Source: Desulfosudaceae bacterium (lineage in GTDB: Bacteria > Desulfobacterota > Desulfobacteria > Desulfobacterales > Desulfosudaceae). From it: a stretch of DNA of 64,000 nucleotides. The notes beneath the pieces are model-generated. The model did not search any database, was not told the DNA's origin, and saw only the letters and a list, made by a program, of their open reading frames with translations. The DNA is taken from the NCBI GenBank assembly GCA_963674745.2, contig CAXXDV010000003.1, forward strand, positions 1,696,001 through 1,760,000, read 5' to 3'. Made by a program: the position numbers and the translations under genes. Shown here one piece after another: positions 57,389-64,000 of the stretch (position 1 is its first letter; each line of letters opens with the position of its first letter).

Positions 57389-58507
57389 ATGGATACGTTT
57401 TTTGCCCCGGCCGCAAAGGCGGGCACAAAAGAAATTGCCGAAGAAATCGGTCTTGTAAGCAGCAACCCGGTTGTGTCCGGACTGCTCGACACGGTCAGCG
57501 GACTGCTGGCGGTTCTGGATGAACACCGACAGATTGTGGCCTTGAATGACGCCTTTCTGGAGACACTGAAAATCGATGACCCCAAAAGCGTTCTCGGGCT
57601 TCGGCCGGGAGAGGCCGTAAAATGCGTTCATGCCCACGATGAACCGGCCGGATGCGGGACGACAAAATACTGCTCGACCTGCGGTGCCGCCATCGCCATC
57701 GTTTCCAGCCTGAGCCGGAATGAAGCGATGGAAAGAATATGTGCCCTGTCCGCACTGAGTAACGGAAGCCACAGGGACCTGGCCCTTCTTGTCAAATCTC
57801 ACCCCATCAGCATTGACGAAAAACGTTTTCTGCTGTTATTTCTTCAGGACATCACCAGGCAGCAGCATCGAGCGGCCCTGGAAAGGACTTTTTTTCATGA
57901 TGTGAACAACCTGCTGACAATGGTTGTCGGCGGAAGTGAGCTGCTTGCTCAAAGAGACCCTTCGGACCTGACAAAATCACTTCACCGGACGGCCTTAAAA
58001 CTGATGAATGAAGTTGACATTCAGCGATGCCTGTCACAGGACGATACGTTTGAATATCAAGCAGTAAAGCAGGAAGTCACAACGCACCAGGTTCTGACGG
58101 ATATTCAGTCTTTTTTCGCCAACCATCCGGCATCGAACAAACGGACCCTTCATGTTGCGCAGAGCCCGCCCTCGGTATCGATTTCTACTGATATTTCCTT
58201 GTTATCAAGAATTTTATACAACATGGTCATAAACGCTATGGAAGCCACGGAAGCAAGCGGGGACGTCAGGTTCTGGATTGAAGAGGAAAAGGGGTTTGTC
58301 TCTTTTTGCGTCTGGAACGCGCGGGGAATACCACCGGATGTCCGCTTAAGAGTGTTTCAACGCAACTTCAGCACAAAAGAACAGTCCGGCCGCGGTATCG
58401 GCACCTTTTCCATGAAACTGTTCGGCGAAAAAATGCTGGGCGGAAAGATAAGCTTCACCACATCGAATGAAAGCGGAACCACATTTAAATACACCCATCC
58501 GACCTGA
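57389..58507 (+). CDS. Soluble sensor histidine kinase with a Cys-rich PAS-like input
   Basis: C-X9-C-X5-C-X2-C, FFHDVNN H-box, NM..NAMEA, FSTK..GRGIGT. Confidence 0.85.
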   Translation: MDTFFAPAAKAGTKEIAEEIGLVSSNPVVSGLLDTVSGLLAVLDEHRQIVALNDAFLETLKIDDPKSVLGLRPGEAVKCVHAHDEPAGCGTTKYCSTCGAAIAIVSSLSRNEAMERICALSALSNGSHRDLALLVKSHPISIDEKRFLLLFLQDITRQQHRAALERTFFHDVNNLLTMVVGGSELLAQRDPSDLTKSLHRTALKLMNEVDIQRCLSQDDTFEYQAVKQEVTTHQVLTDIQSFFANHPASNKRTLHVAQSPPSVSISTDISLLSRILYNMVINAMEATEASGDVRFWIEEEKGFVSFCVWNARGIPPDVRLRVFQRNFSTKEQSGRGIGTFSMKLFGEKMLGGKISFTTSNESGTTFKYTHPT

Positions 58508-58515
58508 TGCCTGCC

Positions 58516-60372
58516 TCATATCTCATCCATATGGTTCTCGATCTCGTACAGAAACCGGCTGCGACGGGTGAACTGCCCCTTCCGGAAATCGGTGGAGGTA
58601 AAATACAAAAACCGCTCCGCCCGGGTCATGGCCACATACATCAGGCGCCGCTCCTCCTGAAGATCTTCCGGGCTTTCAACTGATTTCCAGTGGGGAAACA
58701 GGTTTTCCTCGCAGCCGGCCACAAACACCACCTGAAACTCCAGTCCCTTGGCGGAATGGATGGTAGACAGGTTAACACCTCCGCCCTGCTCGCCCTCTTC
58801 TTCTTTATCCTCGCGTATCAGGGCGGCTTCTTCCAGGTATTCCAGAAGTGAGTCCTTCTGAGAGGCGGCAAATTCCAGCTGTTCGATGTTTTCCACCCGG
58901 GTGGTGAAATCCATGGAATTGGTGTCGGCGTACTGTTTGATGTATCCCAGGTAGTCGATACGGTCGATGACGGTTCCAATGGCCTGTCCGGGCGGCATGG
59001 AGCGGATATCATCCAGCAGCGTCAGCACCTCCTTCAGCGCCTTATAAGTTCTCGCAGGCAGCAGGTTTTCGGCTACGGCCTTGCGGGCCGCGTCCTGAAC
59101 ACTCATGCCGCCGGTTCTCAATTTTGTAATATTGGCCAGGGCCTTGGGACCGATACCCCGGCGCGGGGTATTGACAATCCGCTCAAAAGCCGTGTCATCT
59201 TTTTCAAACACCGCGGCCAGCAGGTAGCTGTTGATATCCATGATTTCCTTGCGGTCAAAAAAGCCCCGGTCGCCAAGCAGATGGTAGGGTATGTGGTATT
59301 CCCTTAAACCCCGTTCAAAAAACAGGGAGGTAAATTTGGTGCGATACAGTACCGCCATATTGTCATAGGGCACGCCGGCCTGTCGCAAAACGGTGATTTT
59401 CTCAGCTACCCAGGCAGCCTCCTCTCTTTCATCGCTAAATTCGTGGCACTCCACCACACCGCCGGTTTTATCCGAAAAACAGGTCTTTTCCATTTTACCG
59501 GCATTGTATTCAATCAGATGATTGGCCAGCTTGACGATTTCATCAGCCGACCGAAAATTCTGCTCCAACCGGAATATCCGGGCATTGTCATAACGCCGTT
59601 CAAAGGAAAGAAAATGGTTGATATTGCTGCCGCGAAAGGAATAAATGGCCTGCCAGTCGTCACCCACGCAGAAAAGGTTGTCGCCACGGCTCAACAGGCC
59701 GGTCAACTCTTCCTGGATGTTATTCGTATCCTGGTATTCGTCCACCAGAACATAATCAAACAACTCCCGGTATTTCTGACGCACATCAGGATTTTTCTTC
59801 AATAAATCACGCACCAGCAATAGCAGGTTGTCAAAATCAACCGCGTTTTTTTCTTTTAACGCGTTTTCGTAGAGATAAAACACATCCGTCAGCGGCGCAT
59901 AGGAGACATAGGGTTTGGCATCAAAATAAGCCGACGGGTCTCCGGAATTTTTGGCCCGGGAGATTTCGGCCATAATGGCCGGCGCCAGCTTCTTGTCCAG
60001 GTTCATGTCGCGCAGAATTGATTTATATGTTTCCCGCTGGTGATAGGTATCGTATATCTGGACCGGCGATTCAAACCCGAGTAACCGGCAATGGGCGCTC
60101 AAAATACGGAAACAGGCGCTGTGATAGGTCCGCACCCAGGGAAACTTGAATTCAGGGATACCGGTCATGGTCAACAACCGGTTTTTCATCTCATCGGCGG
60201 CCTTGTTGGTAAAGGTAATGGCCAGAATCCGCTCCGGTGAAAGCCCGCTCGAAATCAGGTGCGCGATCTTGGCGGTCAGGGTCCGGGTTTTGCCGGATCC
60301 GGCCCCGGCCGTCACCAGTGCCGGTGACCCCATATGGGAAACCGCTTGCTGCTGTTGTCTGGTCAGTTTCAT
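58516..60372 (-). CDS. UvrD/PcrA/Rep-family SF1 DNA helicase
   Basis: AGAGSGKT, TFTNKAA, VDEYQD, VGDDWQAIY.FRG, LEQNFRS, STIHSAKGLEF, EERRLMYVAMTRA. Confidence 0.95.
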   Translation of the reverse strand: MKLTRQQQQAVSHMGSPALVTAGAGSGKTRTLTAKIAHLISSGLSPERILAITFTNKAADEMKNRLLTMTGIPEFKFPWVRTYHSACFRILSAHCRLLGFESPVQIYDTYHQRETYKSILRDMNLDKKLAPAIMAEISRAKNSGDPSAYFDAKPYVSYAPLTDVFYLYENALKEKNAVDFDNLLLLVRDLLKKNPDVRQKYRELFDYVLVDEYQDTNNIQEELTGLLSRGDNLFCVGDDWQAIYSFRGSNINHFLSFERRYDNARIFRLEQNFRSADEIVKLANHLIEYNAGKMEKTCFSDKTGGVVECHEFSDEREEAAWVAEKITVLRQAGVPYDNMAVLYRTKFTSLFFERGLREYHIPYHLLGDRGFFDRKEIMDINSYLLAAVFEKDDTAFERIVNTPRRGIGPKALANITKLRTGGMSVQDAARKAVAENLLPARTYKALKEVLTLLDDIRSMPPGQAIGTVIDRIDYLGYIKQYADTNSMDFTTRVENIEQLEFAASQKDSLLEYLEEAALIREDKEEEGEQGGGVNLSTIHSAKGLEFQVVFVAGCEENLFPHWKSVESPEDLQEERRLMYVAMTRAERFLYFTSTDFRKGQFTRRSRFLYEIENHMDEI

Positions 60373-60447
60373 GTCCGTCCTTATTTATCGACACCATGTG
60401 TTTGGCCCGTCCTACCCTGTCGGGCCGAATGTGTCAAGGCGAATGTC

Positions 60448-60611
60448 GTAGGGCGGGTTTCTGTGCCTGCCTGACAAAAGGGCAACCACAGGGGGGGCCC
60501 CTACATTGCCCCGGGCTGCTCGTGAATTTTTCCCCGAACTGTTTGTGAATGTTGTAGGGGCAGGCCCGCGTGCCTGCCCCACTAAAGGATACCCACAGAG
60601 GATGCCCCTCA
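60448..60611. repeat. Two GTAG-type REP doublets (REPIN-like)
   Basis: GTAGGGCGGGTTTCTGTGCCTGCC..GGGCAACCACAGGGGGGGCCCCTAC (60448-60504) and GTAGGGGCAGGCCCGCGTGCCTGCCCC (60554-60580) with a decayed partner. Confidence 0.75.
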
Positions 60612-60639
60612 TATGCGGCCCGGGCCCGGCAGACCGGGT

Positions 60640-61821
60640 TTACTCGTGGGCGGGCAGTTCGATATCCGGGTATTTTAAAAACAGGCCGGAGAACCCGGCT
60701 GATTTAGCTTTCAAGGCCTGCTGCGGGCAGCACTCGACGCAGCACAGGCAGCTGACGCATTTTTCCGGGTGAAAGACCGGGGTTTCCTTTTTCTGCCAGG
60801 ATATGGCCCGGTTGGGGCAGATACTGAAACAGTCCCCGCACATGACGCACAGATCCTTGTCGGCAAAGTCCGGCATCCGGCGCATGAATTTATAGGTAAA
60901 GGTCCGGGTCAGAAAATTGTTCAGCAGACCGGCGGTGGTGGTGGACACGATCCCGGCTTTTCGCTTCAACATCACCTCGTCAATGGACTTGCCGACGATG
61001 TCGATGTCCTCAAGGCGGGTCACCCCCAGCCCCCGTTCATGGCAGGCGGTCAGATGCGGAACCGACTTGACGCCGTCAATACGACCGATGGCCAGCATGG
61101 CCATATCAATGGCGGCTTCGTCGTATCCGGCCAGAATCAGCCCGGTTTTGCGCATAAACCCGTTGGCCGGGCCGCCCGGTCCTTCCATGAATTTGCGGGC
61201 GTCCATGACAATGATCCGCTTTTTATTCAAACCGAGCAAGGCCTGATAGTTGTCCGCCAGAACAGCCCCGAACTCGGCCGGGTTTTTCCCGTACAAATGA
61301 CAGCGGGCTTTTTCCCCGCCGGGAATAATGCCCCAGTAGTTCTTGATCGCGCCGGTATAACCGGCCTCGACATGAGACTTTGGCCGGCATAGATTGATGA
61401 TGCAGTCCGCATCCATCACCGGTTTGGCGATATGGGATTTTTTCATCAGCCGGGCGTTGTTGTTCTCATTTAAAACACCGCCGCTTTCAAACTCGGCATA
61501 GGCCACCCCCTCGGCTTCAATCACGGTATCAAGGCCTACCGCCTTCATGACGCTTTTGGCCCGGTGCCGGAACTGGCCCGGAGAGTCCCCCAACTGGAGG
61601 TTAGTATTGTATTGTTTGATATAACGCACTACGCCGGTCAGAAAGTCAGGTTCGGTGCAGGCGTTCTTTATCTTCATTAACAGGTTGGGCTTGATCAGGA
61701 TCTGATCTCCGGCTGCGATGAGCTCGTTGGCCTTGATCAGTTTCAATGCGGCGGCAACCGCTTCGTCGATCCCGGGGTACTCATCGGCCCGCACAATGGC
61801 TACTGTTGTTTTTAATCCCAT
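60640..61821 (-). CDS. DUF362 protein with a C-terminal 2x[4Fe-4S] ferredoxin domain
   Basis: ILIKPNLL, GDSPG, KSH..TGAIKN..G, EGPGGP..G; two CxxCxxCxxxCP; start at ATG 61821 after GGAG. Confidence 0.88.
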   Translation of the reverse strand: MGLKTTVAIVRADEYPGIDEAVAAALKLIKANELIAAGDQILIKPNLLMKIKNACTEPDFLTGVVRYIKQYNTNLQLGDSPGQFRHRAKSVMKAVGLDTVIEAEGVAYAEFESGGVLNENNNARLMKKSHIAKPVMDADCIINLCRPKSHVEAGYTGAIKNYWGIIPGGEKARCHLYGKNPAEFGAVLADNYQALLGLNKKRIIVMDARKFMEGPGGPANGFMRKTGLILAGYDEAAIDMAMLAIGRIDGVKSVPHLTACHERGLGVTRLEDIDIVGKSIDEVMLKRKAGIVSTTTAGLLNNFLTRTFTYKFMRRMPDFADKDLCVMCGDCFSICPNRAISWQKKETPVFHPEKCVSCLCCVECCPQQALKAKSAGFSGLFLKYPDIELPAHE

Positions 61822-62059
61822 ACCATATCTCCAGATTTCTCCGTTGCCAGATAAGAATGAAGCGCCAATGGTTTCATAAAGCCACCCATATCGTTGGAAA
61901 GATACCATTATCAGATACCACTGTTCAATCTTTATTGTATCCTTCTGCTGCTTTCCGATGTTTTTCTTTGTTCTGATCTTAACAGAAAAAGTAACATGTC
62001 AAAACGATTGGATCATATTGACAAACCCCATTTAATGAACGTAATATCCTTATTATTAT

Positions 62060-63889
62060 ATGTCTTTTCAAAAACCCTGCTTTTTCTATCAGGATATATT
62101 TGTGAACCATTTACTTGACAGGGCCTTGGCAGCCTATTCGCAGTCAGATCTTGACCTTCAGCTGAAAGCCAGGTTTTTCCTGATTTTATGTCTTGTTATT
62201 CTCGCCGTACTTTTCGTCCTGTCTACCATTGTTGCGTTTCTTCAGTCCCTGATTGTCGGTTATGTAATTACCGGCGTATTTATAGCCTGCGTTGTTTGTT
62301 TCCTCTCCGTTTTTTTGGTCCTGCTGCTTTTACTGCGCGGCCATTTTTCCATTTCGACACATCTGCTTGTTATTACCATTATCATTTCGGACTGGGTCGT
62401 CATTATTTTCGATCAGGGTGATCCCTCAGTCCGTCTGGATTCATTTGTTTTTGTCATCAGTCTTTTGGGATTATTGCCGCTGGTCATAAAAAAGAATAAA
62501 TCCATTATCTTTCTATACGGTCTGATCAATATCGGTTTCCTGTTTACCTTTATGTATTTTTTCCGTTCCCAGCTGGCAATCCCGGATTATGCTGTTATTG
62601 ACTATCTAGCAGATAACTCTCTGGCGGTTATTGTCAGCTGCTTTATCGCGGCCAGCGTCTTCGGTATCAACAACACCGCTATTAAACGGGCCAAGGCGGA
62701 AATCGAAGAACGCAAACAGGCCGAAGAAGAAAGGATCAAACTTGAAGCCCAGCTTTATCAGGCCCAGAAAATGGAAGCCATCGGTCAGCTGGCCGGGGGT
62801 GTTGCCCACGATTTTAACAATATGCTGTCGGTGGTCATCGGCAACACCGAACTGATTATAATGCAGCAGGAACTTGACGACAACGGCCTGGAACAACTAG
62901 AAGCGATCCGCTACACGGTTAATCGTTCAGCCGCCTTGATCCGGCAACTGCTGGCATTTGCCAGACGACAGACAATTGTGCCCGAAAATATCGATATCAA
63001 CCAGGCCATCTCGGAAATGATGCCCATGCTTGGCCAGCTCATCCGGGAGAGCATTACCCTGAAATGGTTACCCGGGGAGATAACCGGACGGATTCTGATC
63101 GATCCGTCCCAGATTGATCAGATTCTCACCAACCTGGTCGTCAATGCCAGGGATGCCATCAATGAAACCGGCGACATTACAATCGAAACCCGGGACATAA
63201 CACTTGACAAAAACTTTGGCGTTGGTGAGGAGGAAACCGCCTCGGGCCCCTATATCATGCTGGCCGTAAGCGACAACGGCTGCGGCATGAAAAAGGACGT
63301 TCAGGACCAGATTTTCGACCCCTTCTTTTCCACCAAAAGGGGCATGGGAACGGGACTGGGGCTGGCCACGATTTTCGGCATCATGAGACAGAACAGCGGC
63401 CTCATCAAAGTTTACAGCGAACCAGGCCGGGGCACGACATTCAAGCTTTTCTTTCCTGCCATTGAGAATCAAGGGGTGATACGGCAAGAAAAGACTGAAG
63501 AGCCGGATTTTCTCCCCAGAGGGACTGAAACCATATTGATGGTGGAGGATGATCAGGCAATTCTGAAATTCGGTACAACCGTGCTGGAGCAACTCGGATA
63601 TACCGTAATCGCTGAAGATTCACCGGAAAAAGCGCTTGAGCGGGTAGCATCAGGACAGGACGGAATAGACCTGCTGTTGACGGATATCATCATGCCGGGT
63701 ATGAACGGCCACGATCTGGCGCACAAGATAAAAGAGATCATCCCCGATATCAAATGCCTTTATATATCAGGCTATACAGCCAATGCCGTGACCAACGGCG
63801 ATCTGAACAAAGAAAGCATCATCTTCCTGGCCAAGCCGTTCTCTCTCAAGTCACTGGCGGAAAAAGTACGAGAAGCTCTTTCTTGTTAA
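62060..63889 (+). CDS. Membrane-bound hybrid sensor histidine kinase
   Basis: About 6 N-terminal TMs, AHDFNN, NL..NARDA, GTGLGL, receiver TDIIMP...KPF. Confidence 0.92.
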   Translation: MSFQKPCFFYQDIFVNHLLDRALAAYSQSDLDLQLKARFFLILCLVILAVLFVLSTIVAFLQSLIVGYVITGVFIACVVCFLSVFLVLLLLLRGHFSISTHLLVITIIISDWVVIIFDQGDPSVRLDSFVFVISLLGLLPLVIKKNKSIIFLYGLINIGFLFTFMYFFRSQLAIPDYAVIDYLADNSLAVIVSCFIAASVFGINNTAIKRAKAEIEERKQAEEERIKLEAQLYQAQKMEAIGQLAGGVAHDFNNMLSVVIGNTELIIMQQELDDNGLEQLEAIRYTVNRSAALIRQLLAFARRQTIVPENIDINQAISEMMPMLGQLIRESITLKWLPGEITGRILIDPSQIDQILTNLVVNARDAINETGDITIETRDITLDKNFGVGEEETASGPYIMLAVSDNGCGMKKDVQDQIFDPFFSTKRGMGTGLGLATIFGIMRQNSGLIKVYSEPGRGTTFKLFFPAIENQGVIRQEKTEEPDFLPRGTETILMVEDDQAILKFGTTVLEQLGYTVIAEDSPEKALERVASGQDGIDLLLTDIIMPGMNGHDLAHKIKEIIPDIKCLYISGYTANAVTNGDLNKESIIFLAKPFSLKSLAEKVREALSC

Positions 63890-64000
63890 AATTTCATGCC
63901 CGGCATATTCAATGAGGCGGTATTCCCCCCGTCAACCGGCAGAAACTGCCCGGTAATATAGCTGGCTTCATCGGAAGCCAGAAACAGGACAGCGGCGGCG
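63886..64000 (-). CDS. C-terminal end of an SDR oxidoreductase (runs off the window)
   Basis: Minus strand reads AAAVLFLASDEASYITGQFLPVDGGNTASLNMPGMKF*. Confidence 0.85.
   Translation of the reverse strand, partial: AAAVLFLASDEASYITGQFLPVDGGNTASLNMPGMKF

Overview
A 64-kb, gene-dense bacterial chromosome segment. Gene content (class I aryl-CoA reductase/dehydratase-type cluster, tungsten AOR, corrinoid protein, MglB, hybrid kinases, sigma54 promoters) suggests an anaerobic Desulfobacterota-like organism; this is inference. It holds about 45 CDSs: housekeeping genes (carB, UvrD/PcrA helicase), many acyl/alcohol/aldehyde-processing enzymes, signalling proteins and envelope proteins. I saw no rRNA, tRNA, CRISPR array, transposase or prophage. 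Most notable: (1) a sigma54-type promoter followed by an ungapped 50-bp hairpin with a C16 loop and an overlapping polyproline mini-ORF upstream of an orphan cheY; (2) a shared 21-bp palindromic operator linking a GMC oxidoreductase and a CoA-ligase/unknown-protein/four-subunit reductase-like operon around a TetR gene; (3) a ZIP transporter with an inserted cNMP-binding domain; (4) a pore-less voltage-sensor-like protein translationally coupled to a hybrid kinase; (5) an NsrA/CyaK-like FecR-TPR-barrel plus CHASE2 adenylate cyclase pair; (6) a 140-bp ERIC-like MITE and GTAG-type REP doublets. All family assignments come from motif recognition by eye, not from database searches.
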